DNA of 64,000 nt, from the NCBI GenBank assembly GCA_977017575.1, contig CDRNVI010000009.1:682001-746000 (forward strand), read 5' to 3'. A model generated the notes under the pieces. It searched no databases and had not been told where the DNA came from. It saw only the letters and a list, made by a program, of their open reading frames with translations. Positions 31,311 through 42,282 of this stretch are shown here, in pieces (positions within the stretch are counted from its first letter, which is position 1; each line of letters opens with the position of its first letter). Position numbers and translations under genes: made by a program. The DNA comes from Paramoeba atlantica. Its lineage: Eukaryota; Protista; Discosea.

Positions 31311-34043
31311 ATGCCGCGATTGCTAATTCCCAAGTGCTCCTTTCCGAGCCCTATCCGCGTGCTCCTGTGCTTAACCCTTTTCTTGTCCGCTACTCGGGCA
31401 CCCCCTAGAACGGGAATCGGTAACCCTCTCCCCACCCTCACCCCACGCATTTCTCTTCCCCCCATCACCGCCGCCGAGGTCCAACCCCGACACCACCAAC
31501 CCCCTCGTGAGACTCACCCGCACCGCAGCCCCACCTTCGCCCTCCCCCCCGCCCATGTCACAAACCTTACCCGTTCCTACGAGTCCTACCTGCAACCCCA
31601 CCCGGGGAGCCTCGAAAATGCGTCCTCTCTCCCCTACGCTCATCCGCTCACCCACCCCTCCCATGGACCCTCCCGTGGCAGCGCGGACCCCCAGCCCCCA
31701 CCCCCCCTACGTTGGCTCCCCCCGCGTGAGACCCTTGCGGGCTATCCTAACCCACAAAGCCGTGGGAATGGGAGTAGCCGTAGCCGTAACCCCCGTGATC
31801 CCTATCCCGAATCCCACACAGGCGCCCCGAATCCCCCCGAGGCGTACAGCCCCGCGCGGGGCGCCTACCCGTGGCCCGGGCCTCCGTTGTACCGTGTGCC
31901 GTACCCTACCCCCTGTGGTTCGTCTCCTGAGTCGGTGGATGAGACCATGATAAAAGGGGGGCACGGGGGAAGCTCGGAAGAGACAGCGTCCCATCCTTTT
32001 TTGAAACGGTATGCTGCTGCTACTGTGGCAGTGGCGAACACTACGGCAGCTACGACAAGTACAAGTCGTAGTACAACGAATCAAGAAGGGGAGGCTGTGA
32101 AGGTGGCTCGACCTACCGCCCATTTGCCCTCTCCGCGTAATCCCCCGTATTCCCCGTTTGCGGATGTCCCGGTGGGTACGACCCCGGAGAACCCCGGGAG
32201 TCGGTTTCTTTCGCGAGCCCCGAGCCCCGCGACCTTGGGGGGTTCCGCGGGGGGAAATCTCGCGGGTACCCCTCGTCGTACCATGACGGAGGAGGAGCTG
32301 GAGGTACGGCGCGAGCTGGCTGCGATTTTCAACCTCGAGCAAGCCCCCTGCCCGTCGCCGTTGCCCGATCAGGAGTACGGGGAGCAGTGTATGGGGAAAA
32401 AGGGAGCCGGGTCGTGTCCCACAGGGTACGCGAATCCGTTTCCTCAATATGTGAAGGAGGGAAAGTACGGGGAGAATCCTCCGATGGTTTATCCCGCCCC
32501 GCAACACCTTCCGCTGGGAAAAGATGAGGCCGAGGAGGGGGACGCGATGCAGCATCTTCTCCACGCCCTGGCCGAGGAGGCGGTCGCGACCCATGCCGCG
32601 GAGTACCCCGTGAGTCCGCACAGCTTTCGTACCCGGATGGATGCCCCCGCCAAGATCCTACGTGACTCCCTGGACAATGCCCGGGCCCGGAGCTGTCACG
32701 TGGTAAGCCCCCTCGGGACCCACCCGCCCGAAATGGACCCCGCGGTGGGGTACCTCGTAGAGGCCGTCTCCCAGCGCCTTAGCCAACCCTTTGACTACCG
32801 TCTGAAAGCGAAGGAGACGCCCAGCGGGCAGGCCTACGTGATCCAGAACGGGTCCTGGGGGGTGTGGCAGCGCGTCCACGAGTACTTCTACCCCAGCCAG
32901 GTTGCCCTGTTCAAGCCGCTCGCCCAGGAGCGCGGCAACGCGGTCAACCCGCAGGGACGAAAGAACCTCTACGGCGGGGGGGACGGCCACTGCGTGTTCC
33001 CCTCCGGGGAGTTCTACCTGCGGGATGCGGTGGCGTACGCGCTGGACCAGCACAGTGCCGGGGTGTTCCACATCCCGGTGACGACGGTGTCCCACATGGA
33101 GGGACTCGGGGAGGGGGTGCTCTCGGAGTATATTACCCCTGCGAATTCCGATGCCACCCCCCATTTGGGATTGGAACGTACCCGGGCGCGACAATTTCGG
33201 CTGTTGTTTGATCTGTTTTTTATGAACGGTGACGCTCGAAGGGAGCCGATGTTTGGGAAGAATCTGTGGGCTACACGGCATAGTCCCGGGGAACGGCCCG
33301 AGCCGGATGGGGTGGAGGAGGAAGGCTCCATGACCGGAGGGAGCGGTACGCGAGGAGGCCGCACGCCGTTGCCTCAGGGTCGTACGGGGCACTACTACTT
33401 ACACAACTCCTACATCTTACCGGAGACATTTCCACGGTATGATGAGCTTATTGCGAGTTTTCGAAATGCCTACGGGTGTGGTCGGACCCCTGGAAAAGGG
33501 ACGCCGGGAAGTCAAGATGGTCGTGGCTCCGTTCCCAATGTGAGCGCGGGCTCCGAGGATAGTGACGCCTACGAGCTCGAGTCCTGGCACCCCGATGTGT
33601 TGCGCTTCCTGAACTCGATTGAAGACCCATGGTACAAGTACTACTCCGTACTTCGTCGGTTTGGATTCTCCTCGCAGACAATTTCGCGAGTCGCGTTGTC
33701 GGTGTATACTGTGCAGCGCTGTGCGGCGTCGGGCTTAACTCCGGACGAGATTGTACACTTTGCTTATACCTCTGCTCACCCCTTTATGCCTTTCGTGTTT
33801 CGGTTATTATCGGGGCTGGAGAAAGGGGTGGGGACTCGGGAACAAGTGTTGCGTGCTCCCCAAGTCATTCATCGAGTGTTGGAAGGATCTTTACAGGCGT
33901 TTAAGCGAGAGACAGCGTCGAATTCTCACGAGCAGGGTTCCGCCAGGTCGAAGTCCTATTTTTCCCTGTTTTCAAGGGAAAAAGTACCAGAATCCCATGG
34001 GAGTTATTATGACTTACAGCGTAAAGCAGATGGATGGTGGTAG
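31311..34043 (+). CDS. Signal-peptide PI4K type II-like (pseudo)kinase, paralogue 3
   Basis: RVLLCLTLFLSA; ALFKPLAQERGNAVNPQG, RDAVAYALD, FHIPVT, GVLSEYI, FMNGDAR, LHNSYILPE, SGLTP motifs. Confidence 0.82.
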   Translation: MPRLLIPKCSFPSPIRVLLCLTLFLSATRAPPRTGIGNPLPTLTPRISLPPITAAEVQPRHHQPPRETHPHRSPTFALPPAHVTNLTRSYESYLQPHPGSLENASSLPYAHPLTHPSHGPSRGSADPQPPPPLRWLPPRETLAGYPNPQSRGNGSSRSRNPRDPYPESHTGAPNPPEAYSPARGAYPWPGPPLYRVPYPTPCGSSPESVDETMIKGGHGGSSEETASHPFLKRYAAATVAVANTTAATTSTSRSTTNQEGEAVKVARPTAHLPSPRNPPYSPFADVPVGTTPENPGSRFLSRAPSPATLGGSAGGNLAGTPRRTMTEEELEVRRELAAIFNLEQAPCPSPLPDQEYGEQCMGKKGAGSCPTGYANPFPQYVKEGKYGENPPMVYPAPQHLPLGKDEAEEGDAMQHLLHALAEEAVATHAAEYPVSPHSFRTRMDAPAKILRDSLDNARARSCHVVSPLGTHPPEMDPAVGYLVEAVSQRLSQPFDYRLKAKETPSGQAYVIQNGSWGVWQRVHEYFYPSQVALFKPLAQERGNAVNPQGRKNLYGGGDGHCVFPSGEFYLRDAVAYALDQHSAGVFHIPVTTVSHMEGLGEGVLSEYITPANSDATPHLGLERTRARQFRLLFDLFFMNGDARREPMFGKNLWATRHSPGERPEPDGVEEEGSMTGGSGTRGGRTPLPQGRTGHYYLHNSYILPETFPRYDELIASFRNAYGCGRTPGKGTPGSQDGRGSVPNVSAGSEDSDAYELESWHPDVLRFLNSIEDPWYKYYSVLRRFGFSSQTISRVALSVYTVQRCAASGLTPDEIVHFAYTSAHPFMPFVFRLLSGLEKGVGTREQVLRAPQVIHRVLEGSLQAFKRETASNSHEQGSARSKSYFSLFSREKVPESHGSYYDLQRKADGWW
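31370..33500. other. Skew-switch island 4 (main switch near 31950, second weaker cycle at 32.6-33.4 kb)
   Basis: C-runs at 31420-31720 and G-runs at 32150-32600 and 33060-33400 within paralogue 3. Confidence 0.7.
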
Positions 34044-34439
34044 CTTAAGTGAGGCTTTTCGATTTTTTTTCGGTTCGATTATTTTCATACACGTCACATT
34101 TTTAAATCGCCGCGAGACGTAGATTATGCTTTACGTGTTAATTACGCACCTCAGATCCCCTGTTCAATATCTCACAAATAAGTCACCGCAAGAACATATA
34201 GAAAACTGGTTCTGGGTGTCCGAATATCTATATCGCATACATGTGTTGTAGGAATTAATTGTGTTGTAGGAAATAAAGGAAGAGTATTCAAATTTACATA
34301 AAGTTTTAAAAGTGTCTCGTAGCGGATACTAATTCTTTTTGTCCGAAATCTGCGCGATGAGTTGGTAAGCATTGAATTCACGCAGAAGTTAGAAAAATAA
34401 TTTATCCCAAAATCGACTTTTTATAAACCCCTTCTTTCC

Positions 34440-34931
34440 ATGTCAGACACACCCACGCAGGAGACGCAAACAGCCGTAAATCCGACGTCAGAGCAAGATG
34501 ATACTTCCATAACAATGAAGAATACATCTGGCCCTTCTATGCGCGATGTGTTCTTCGGATCCTCCGGCTTCCCCCAGCCCTGCCTTTGTTGGGGACTCAC
34601 CTGCTATGGCTTTAGCGCTGCCATGTCCGTCACAAATCAATCTAGACCTTTTACTACGCTGAGCATGTGGATGGCGGGCACATATTTCTTCATAAATGGT
34701 GTTAACCGAGCTCAGGCTGAGAAGCTCGGCGAAAATATTCCTCGGAAGGGCTGGTCTGTGCGTAAGGAGTATGGAAATAACGCCGTGGCCGCGACACTAT
34801 GGATGGCGTGTTCGCTGCGGCAATTTATGATCCATCGCCGTCTGGCGTACGCCGGGTTAAGTAGTTGGACTGGATTCGGGCTTACAACATACTATGGATT
34901 TCGATATCTCCTAACCCCAGACGAGGAATAA
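34440..34931 (+). CDS. Small multi-pass membrane protein, function unknown
   Basis: 163-aa ORF with about 3-4 hydrophobic segments on the coding strand. Confidence 0.7.
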   Translation: MSDTPTQETQTAVNPTSEQDDTSITMKNTSGPSMRDVFFGSSGFPQPCLCWGLTCYGFSAAMSVTNQSRPFTTLSMWMAGTYFFINGVNRAQAEKLGENIPRKGWSVRKEYGNNAVAATLWMACSLRQFMIHRRLAYAGLSSWTGFGLTTYYGFRYLLTPDEE

Positions 34932-35291
34932 TTTCGCTATCTCCGAAATGTGTGAAAAACGCAACGTGGAGAGGAAGCACTTCTACTAATTGGCATTTAT
35001 TTCGGTTTTACATTGATGCTCTCAGGAGTCAACATTTCAAATGATTAGTAGACGTAGTCAGATGATGTCAGAACAATATTGGTTAAATGCTTTTGAACAC
35101 CAGTGGTACCCTATATTTTTTCAGAGTTAGTGTTTTTTGAGAGCGTATAATTATGAATCTAATTCTTCTGACTCGCAAAATAGAAACAAGAAGTCTTGCA
35201 TCTTTCTTTAAACTCAACTATGTAAAATATATCCCGACGAGCCGAACTCTACACCTTGATAGCTAGCAAAGCGCCAACCCTTTGTTCCTCC

Positions 35292-36572
35292 ATGTTTGAC
35301 AACAAAGTAATTGCCGCCCCTATGGTACGCGTCTCCCATCTTGGCTTTCGACAACAATGCGCTTACTATGGAGCTCAGGTCGTATTCACCGAGGAAATCA
35401 TGGCGCCGCGACTAATGAAGGCGACTCGAGAGGTTGTTCCCTCCCACATTCTCCCGATCTACCAATCTGCGCTCTCCGAGGCCTGTGGTACGGAATCTAA
35501 AGAGATTTCTAAAGATTCTTGTCAACTCGATTATCTCATTCCCCCCTGCTCTGCATTACTGCGGGACCGCGTTGAGTATGTTGTCTACGAACCTGTCGGG
35601 AAGAAAGCCAATAAAACGGTAAAACGAGTCCCAGTGTTCACCACGCTTCTCGGAGGGGAAGCTGTTCCTTTAATTCTGCAACTCGCGGCCAGTAACGCTG
35701 AAACCGCCCTGGCTGCGGCAAGACTCGTCCAGCACGACGTGCAGGGGATTGATTTAAATATGGGGTGCCCGAAACGATCCGCCACAGGGAGTGGGATGGG
35801 AGCGGAGCTGATGAAACATCCGGAGAGAGCGTGTGAGATTCTTTCTACGCTGGTACAAAATATCAAAGTCCCGATTAGTGTAAAGACAAGATTATGCGAG
35901 ACCGATGAGCAGAGTGTTGCGTTGATTCGGCAACTGGCGGAGACCGGGGTACATGCGGTGACACTCCATGCACGAACTGTGGAGCAGCGTAGCTCCACAG
36001 AGGCGCTACATTGCAGATTCCGCGTGATTCGAGACGCTCTGGGGGGAGATTTTGCTCCTTCACTGATTTTAAATGGAGATGTCATGCCACGAAAGTTTGA
36101 TCAGCTACGGCACGAAACGCAGTGTTCAGGGGTTATGGTTGCGAGGGAGGCTTTTTGGGATCCTATGGTTTTTACCGAACACATGGGGCAGGGTTTGCCT
36201 ACGCAAACAGAAGGTCGAGATTCTGAAGATTTGAAGATTGTCCAAACAATGCTTTGTTGGCATCTTGCTTTTCACACACCCTTTTCTGCGATAAAGTATC
36301 ACGTATGCAGAGCAATGCAGGAGCAAAACATTTGCAAAGGAATACTTGCTGCGGCAACGTCGGCACGAACACCCCCTGACTTGTGTTGCGCACTATACAT
36401 GTTTTCCAGTGCCGAAGTCAGTGATAACAAAAACGTTCTTTATACTCCCACGTTGTTTGGATTACACATTCCTTTATTTCTTCTCATCAATGCATATAGA
36501 GAACCTAAACAAATTGTAGAAGCACCTGAAGCATACGTGTATCCACCGTCGTACGGGGTACCTACGAATTGA
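35292..36572 (+). CDS. DUS2: tRNA-dihydrouridine synthase (DUS2-like)
   Basis: APMVRVS..FR, TEEI, ILQL, GIDLNMGCPK, PISVKTR, LHART, ILNGD motifs. Confidence 0.88.
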   Translation: MFDNKVIAAPMVRVSHLGFRQQCAYYGAQVVFTEEIMAPRLMKATREVVPSHILPIYQSALSEACGTESKEISKDSCQLDYLIPPCSALLRDRVEYVVYEPVGKKANKTVKRVPVFTTLLGGEAVPLILQLAASNAETALAAARLVQHDVQGIDLNMGCPKRSATGSGMGAELMKHPERACEILSTLVQNIKVPISVKTRLCETDEQSVALIRQLAETGVHAVTLHARTVEQRSSTEALHCRFRVIRDALGGDFAPSLILNGDVMPRKFDQLRHETQCSGVMVAREAFWDPMVFTEHMGQGLPTQTEGRDSEDLKIVQTMLCWHLAFHTPFSAIKYHVCRAMQEQNICKGILAAATSARTPPDLCCALYMFSSAEVSDNKNVLYTPTLFGLHIPLFLLINAYREPKQIVEAPEAYVYPPSYGVPTN

Positions 36573-36770
36573 ACAGTTTCTTCCAGGTAAGTATTGTGGT
36601 GTTGTGCAGAATAGAAAATTTGTAAGTCATTTGTTACTTTTTGAAGTTATTCTATCACTGCATGCAACGTATAATGCACTTAATATAGCGCATTTTTATC
36701 AATTTAGAGTCTACCACAATAATAAATAAATTTTCGCATATATTTTTCTGTTACTTACTTATTGTTACCA

Positions 36771-37019
36771 ATGGTGTTGAACCCGAAACCGTTCCTGAAA
36801 TCGTTGATAGGGAAGCGTGTGATCATTCGTCTTAAATGGGGAATGCAGTACGTGGGACACTTGATATCGACAGACGAGTACATGAACATTCATTTGACAG
36901 AATGCTCTGAATACATTGGTAACGCGTTGCAGGGGTATGTTGGAGAAGTCCTCATCAGATGTAACAATGTGCTGACTGTACGTTCCGGTGAAGAGGATAG
37001 CGCTGTGGAAACTTCTTAA
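36771..37019 (+). CDS. SNRPF: Spliceosomal Sm protein F
   Basis: [31 protein letters not shown]...[11 protein letters not shown]. Confidence 0.93.
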   Translation: MVLNPKPFLKSLIGKRVIIRLKWGMQYVGHLISTDEYMNIHLTECSEYIGNALQGYVGEVLIRCNNVLTVRSGEEDSAVETS

Positions 37020-37322
37020 TTGTCGAGGGGTATAGTAGATGTCAGAGGTACTCTGTCACATACTATAGTTTGGGTGTGAAGAGCACGTAGGTTACACTTA
37101 AGTAAGAGACTTTGGTCAGATACATGCACTTGTCGAACTATTAATTTAGCCTCTGTCATTCGAACAATTTTTAAAGGGTAATGCAGAGAAGCATAATGTA
37201 AAATTTAATTTTTCCCAATTGCGTAGTTATCCAATTGCATAGCTATCCATTTTGTATTTTACAAAATTTATGCTAGAAGGTGTCTGAGGTTTGCAGTAAC
37301 CTGTTGGCCTGCAAGCGACGTA

Positions 37323-38702
37323 ATGAATAGTAAACTTCCAATTAAGTCACAGGAAGAGAAAAGTATTCGTCGGTCATACGGTTCGACTATTAGCATTCCT
37401 GCTTCCCGATTTTCGAAAATAATCCCGAGGAAAATTGATTCATCCCCGAACGACTTCATTAAGCCTCGAGTTCCACACAGACAAATGCAGTCTGCAACTC
37501 CCTACCCTGGCTATGAAAGAAAAGACGTTGCGTTCTCTTCCCTTCGCACTTTTTCGGGGAATTCACCCCAAGTGCAGTGCCCTTTGATAGCTGCCGAACC
37601 TGAAAAGTTGTGCCCAGGGGCTTCCTCCGAACAATCAAACTTAGGTGACACTTTGCTAAATCACACGACAGAGAATCCGGATATAAAAGCCGAAGAAAGC
37701 ATAGGCAACCTTGAGTCAAGCCCTCGGGTCAAAGCTGTATCTCCTATCTCATCTTTTCCTCGCCAGTTGAATTTCACCCCCGGCACGATCGAGAAACAAT
37801 TCAGTCACTTTGTAAGAACGCCGATTCAAAAAGAGAGTCAAGCAGATAAGGAGAACACTTCCTCTTTACACAATGTAAAACGTGCGACTCCAACTCCAAA
37901 AGCTCAAAGATCGGCAAGAAAAGAGAGCACTGCGGCTCCACTATCATACTACAAGAAGTGGCAGGATTGTTTAGAGGAAAAACAGAAACTAATCCACGAG
38001 AAAATTTGTCTGCAGGGGAGAAACACCGAACTTAGGAAACGAATATTACACTTGAAAACGCTTCTTCGAACTTCAGAATCCAAAAGAGATGTTGCGCATG
38101 TTGCGAACTCTACCCTTTCATTACGTTACGGCATATTGGGACAAATAGGCGATCTTGCCATTAACCAAGCTGAAAAAATTCTAGCAGATATGCGAATTCG
38201 TAAACTGGCGCCACCTCTATATGGAAACGCAAGGAAATCAGGTGGAATCGACAAAGTCAGTGGCAATCCTCTCAAAAGCGACCAAAGGAGTATACCGAAA
38301 GCGAAAGGAGATCCTACCTTGGGTGCTGCGTTCGCATCTCGTGATTCATTGGGTGCAGATCATGACACAATTAATCTCGCGGAACAGAAGTCACAGGTGT
38401 ATGAGACTACGATGGAAAATAAACTGATGCAGGAACGTGACCTGTTTCGTAGCCTGTTGCGTGAAGTATTGATCGAGAAAATGTCACAAAATGTGGAACT
38501 ACGCGAGTACCACGAGTCTCACATAGCCCTAAGAGAGGAAATCAGTGCACTGAAACTGGAAATTAGTACGATGCATCGAATCAGTGGTGAACGTGAGAAG
38601 CCATTGGCGTCGATTGCCACTGAGAAAGCCTGTCGTTTACAACGTACGGAGACTTATGAAAAAGCTTTATTAGCATCTTTTACTGTACCGCCAAAGACAT
38701 GA
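37323..38702 (+). CDS. Hypothetical protein with disordered N-terminus and coiled-coil C-terminal half
   Basis: 459-aa ORF with heptad-rich segments (LEEKQKLIHEKICLQGRNTELRKRILHLK; LREEISALKLEI). Confidence 0.7.
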   Translation: MNSKLPIKSQEEKSIRRSYGSTISIPASRFSKIIPRKIDSSPNDFIKPRVPHRQMQSATPYPGYERKDVAFSSLRTFSGNSPQVQCPLIAAEPEKLCPGASSEQSNLGDTLLNHTTENPDIKAEESIGNLESSPRVKAVSPISSFPRQLNFTPGTIEKQFSHFVRTPIQKESQADKENTSSLHNVKRATPTPKAQRSARKESTAAPLSYYKKWQDCLEEKQKLIHEKICLQGRNTELRKRILHLKTLLRTSESKRDVAHVANSTLSLRYGILGQIGDLAINQAEKILADMRIRKLAPPLYGNARKSGGIDKVSGNPLKSDQRSIPKAKGDPTLGAAFASRDSLGADHDTINLAEQKSQVYETTMENKLMQERDLFRSLLREVLIEKMSQNVELREYHESHIALREEISALKLEISTMHRISGEREKPLASIATEKACRLQRTETYEKALLASFTVPPKT

Positions 38703-39011
38703 GATGGTTCTGCCTTCTTCCACAAACTTAGAACTGAAAGTGGCGATGACGAGGCTTTACTTGAAGTGCTTGCCCCGGTATTTGATGCTTCCGTCATAAA
38801 ATACATCCAAATTGCCAATGTAGAAAAAAAAAAGAGTTCTCTAGATTGACCTCTAGATTGGTTGCCCGTATGTGGATGACCAAATTTTGTACAAAGGGGG
38901 AGATAATTCTTTTTATTTATGAAGTACGTAATAGTAATGTACATTCGGATTTGTGGGAGTAAATTAGAAAACCCGAGCCCCTTTTTTTGTTAATAATCTA
39001 ACAATTAACGC

Positions 39012-39209
39012 ATGCACCTTCAGTATTACCTGGAAAACGGAAAGCGTGTTTACACTCTAAAGAAAGTTTCTCCGAGCGGCGAAGCTACTATTTCTGCTCA
39101 TCCTGCGAAATTTTCTCCTCACGACCCGTACAGCGAGCAGCGCCTGATGATCAAAAGACGATTTCGAATTCTCCGTCGAAAGAAAAGGGTCAGGGAAGCG
39201 TCGTCTTAG
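39012..39209 (+). CDS. NOP10: H/ACA snoRNP subunit NOP10
   Basis: [37 protein letters not shown]. Confidence 0.95.
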   Translation: MHLQYYLENGKRVYTLKKVSPSGEATISAHPAKFSPHDPYSEQRLMIKRRFRILRRKKRVREASS

Positions 39210-39515
39210 TCTTTTTTAGCAATTTTTTTATAGTTTTTATGACGATTATACTCCCGTTTTATTGCATGTAAAATTACGTAATCATTGGGACACTGGGTCT
39301 CCCGCCACAAGCATTTGGAACTAGCGTTTGAAACTCAACAAACTCTGTATAAATACGCATATGTTTTTCACAATTACAGTCGACATACAAACTTCATGTT
39401 CAGGAATCAAGTTCGAATCATTATGGCTATTTAACAGCACTACAGATGTGGAAAGAAATATCATTGAACTTACAGCTCCTTTTTCACTTTTAAAGAGCTT
39501 TTTTAAAGTACTACA

Positions 39516-40154
39516 ATGTCACGCCTTTGTACCTTCCAGGACGACCTTCCGCTTCTCCGGACGTCCAAAATCCGTCACGTCGGATTTCCTGTAGAATACG
39601 AGATGGAGCGTTTTCTGCAAGGGGTGTTTGAACAACACAACTCATGGAGTGCGCACATTCCCATCGCTGAGTGGCATGGGATCGAGGTAGGGAAGGGCTC
39701 GAAGGCCTCCGCAGTGTTAGAAGTGAATTGGCGTTCTCAGCGTATCCGTGGGATCCCGCAGTGGTCTTTACTTCCCAAATCGGTCCGAAAATTGGATGTC
39801 GGGAGTAACAGTCTGACGGGGGAGATTGATCTTGCTGCGTTTCCACGAGAAATGAGGCACTTGTATCTTTGCTACAATGAGTTTCACGGACACATCGATT
39901 TAAACGCATGTCCACCGGAATTGCTCCATTTGTATCTCAATCATAACCATTTCTCTGGCCCCGTGAGGTTGGCATCACTGCCATCTAACATCCAGTTTCT
40001 TCACTTGGGAAGTAATCGGTTCGGAGGCATAGCAGATGTAGAGCACCTACCTGTAACTTTAATTACATTGGATTTAACGCACAACGGTTTCCGAGGCTTT
40101 GCTCCTGAGGATATACCGGACAACGTGCGAGTTGGACACCAAATCGTGGCATAG
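39516..40154 (+). CDS. Short LRR protein, family copy 4
   Basis: FPVEYEMERF..SW..IAEWHGIEV cap; IDL..LP..L..L.L..N.F.G repeats. Confidence 0.88.
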   Translation: MSRLCTFQDDLPLLRTSKIRHVGFPVEYEMERFLQGVFEQHNSWSAHIPIAEWHGIEVGKGSKASAVLEVNWRSQRIRGIPQWSLLPKSVRKLDVGSNSLTGEIDLAAFPREMRHLYLCYNEFHGHIDLNACPPELLHLYLNHNHFSGPVRLASLPSNIQFLHLGSNRFGGIADVEHLPVTLITLDLTHNGFRGFAPEDIPDNVRVGHQIVA

Positions 40155-40543
40155 TAAAAGGCAAATCGTGGACGTAGCACACTGGAATACGTAAACTACA
40201 TGTTCTCGGAAAATGGGCGTCGTTTAACAGATTATTAATAAAAAATCTCGCCTTATTCGTCTTGAAGGCCGTTTTTTATTTTGAAGACATTTGAATACAT
40301 CCAACACATGCGAGTATGAGCAGCTACATGTACATGTATGTAGGTGAGGAGACGATAAACATGTTGTATTAGCTACGAGAACATAAAGCCATCAAGCTTC
40401 CGACGTGTTTAATTTATCATTTCAGGTGGTAAATATGCATTTAAGAAAGTAAATACATGTGTATGTACGTGAGTAACAGAAAATAATCATGATAAAACTG
40501 ATAATTTGATATGAAGCAAACATGAATCTCAGGGAAGGATACA

Positions 40544-41812
40544 ATGTGCGAAATTGCAGAGCGACGTGCAACCGAGAAACGATTGTTGGAGTTTCTTGAC
40601 GGGAATGTTTGTAGTGAAACGTCATCGTCACTTCTAGCCATCTTGTGGCACGAGCTGTTCGGTTACCCTACCTTATGGAAATCCGTGTGTCCTTTCCATG
40701 TTGGGATTATCGAATACTGTGATTCAAGGAAAGATTCTTTTCCCTTTGGCATTCCTTTGTGTACCCGTCCCACACAGGAACTGCTGTCAAATTACTACGA
40801 TTTCGAAGGTCACAAACTAAATCTTTGCGCTGCTCGATTCCTGTGCTCATTAAACCAGCAAGCTCATCTTTTTGAACTTAATAGAGACGTCTCAATCGAA
40901 AGCGAAAGTTTAGCGAGTTTTTACTTGTCTGACTTCTTGGAGGACAGATTTTACATTATTGAAGGAAGAGATCCGAGTTTTTATGGACGAAAACATTTTC
41001 CCATGGAATCCCGTAGAACGAAGTGGTACGGCCCGTCCTTTGTAGGTCGATACTTTGCTTTAAGAGTATCCTGTGCAGGTCCTTCGCTACTCTTGCCCAT
41101 TTCTGAGACAGAATTCGAATCCTGTGTAGAATTTCTACGGCGAAAAGCAGTGCGCGACGACTTATCTGCCTCAAGATACTTATTTCAGGATACACGTCCG
41201 TCTTATTCTCTGGACGGTCCGCTTGAGTCCCCCTGCGCGCGTTCAGTTACCACACGGTATCTATGTGCTCTATCTGATGATAGAAGAAAAAATCATGCTA
41301 GCGGGTCCACAGAAATGCCATTTCTAAGTTACCAAGAATATTGCGATGCTCAAAATTCAGTGAATGGTAGGAGACAGTTCAGTAAAAAAGATTTTTCAGG
41401 CGTCTCTATGGCATTAGCATTTAATGCACGAAATAATGACGTATTGATTCCCTCTCAGATAGACGGGGTCAAGAGAAGTTACTGTCTTCTTGGAGCAACT
41501 GTCGGTGCTCTGCTTTTCTTATATAGATTTGTCCCATCGTGTTACTATTCACCCTACCTATCGTATCTTGTGCACAAGCATGCACCACTAAAGACGGTCT
41601 TCTCAAATCTATTCTTACCTACAGATCCCGTAGCAACGTTGACCACGTTTGAGAGCCTCCCGCCTTCACTAGAGCCCTATGTTGACTCTGTACACCTGAC
41701 GCCAGGTTATTTGTTTTGTCGGTTTGGTTCGACTGCCCTACGATTTCTACAGAGCAATATGATTTCTACAGGTCATGTTACTAATACAAATTCGTCTTAT
41801 CATTTTACATAA
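40544..41812 (+). CDS. Hypothetical protein (422 aa)
   Basis: Long coding-strand ORF; no family recognised. Confidence 0.65.
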   Translation: MCEIAERRATEKRLLEFLDGNVCSETSSSLLAILWHELFGYPTLWKSVCPFHVGIIEYCDSRKDSFPFGIPLCTRPTQELLSNYYDFEGHKLNLCAARFLCSLNQQAHLFELNRDVSIESESLASFYLSDFLEDRFYIIEGRDPSFYGRKHFPMESRRTKWYGPSFVGRYFALRVSCAGPSLLLPISETEFESCVEFLRRKAVRDDLSASRYLFQDTRPSYSLDGPLESPCARSVTTRYLCALSDDRRKNHASGSTEMPFLSYQEYCDAQNSVNGRRQFSKKDFSGVSMALAFNARNNDVLIPSQIDGVKRSYCLLGATVGALLFLYRFVPSCYYSPYLSYLVHKHAPLKTVFSNLFLPTDPVATLTTFESLPPSLEPYVDSVHLTPGYLFCRFGSTALRFLQSNMISTGHVTNTNSSYHFT

Positions 41813-41910
41813 AAAGAGAATGTGCACTCACGGTTATTTTTTCAGGTTATTTGTCCGGGAGAAAATAAAAAAAGAATTCATACTTTTTGAATCAAACATA
41901 TGGACATTGA

Positions 41911-42282
41911 GTGGATTCTATTGAACTACCGAGGGAAAATTGGTATATCAGAAATTGGAAAATATCTTTTAAGAACACTTGCATGAAAACTGTGTCACTT
42001 TCGGAATGTGACCCAATTATTTGCGCCACAGCTTTGGAACAACTTATTTCTGTTCCTCCACACGGGCCGTTTCTTTGGATCGCAGCGCTCGCCGTGCGGG
42101 ATGTTATTGCCGAACGGCACCAGGTTTCCGTATCACTCACGGATGCGCTACAGTTTATCCGAGCACACTACAATCCAACCCATATGCAAAGTTACAGCTC
42201 GTTCTACTCCGTCCTTGGCGGATCAGATTCTCACTTGACGTCGGGTTACTGGAAGCCTGATGCTGAGTTGAGGCTTGAGTAG
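41911..42282 (+). CDS. Probable EAF7/MRGBP (CT20 family) NuA4/TINTIN subunit
   Basis: PPHG-x9-VRD..V..Y spacing in LISVPPHGPFLWIAALAVRDVIAERHQVSVSLTDALQFIRAHY matches recalled MRGBP KPVG-x9-IRD..V..MY. Confidence 0.5.
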   Translation: MDSIELPRENWYIRNWKISFKNTCMKTVSLSECDPIICATALEQLISVPPHGPFLWIAALAVRDVIAERHQVSVSLTDALQFIRAHYNPTHMQSYSSFYSVLGGSDSHLTSGYWKPDAELRLE

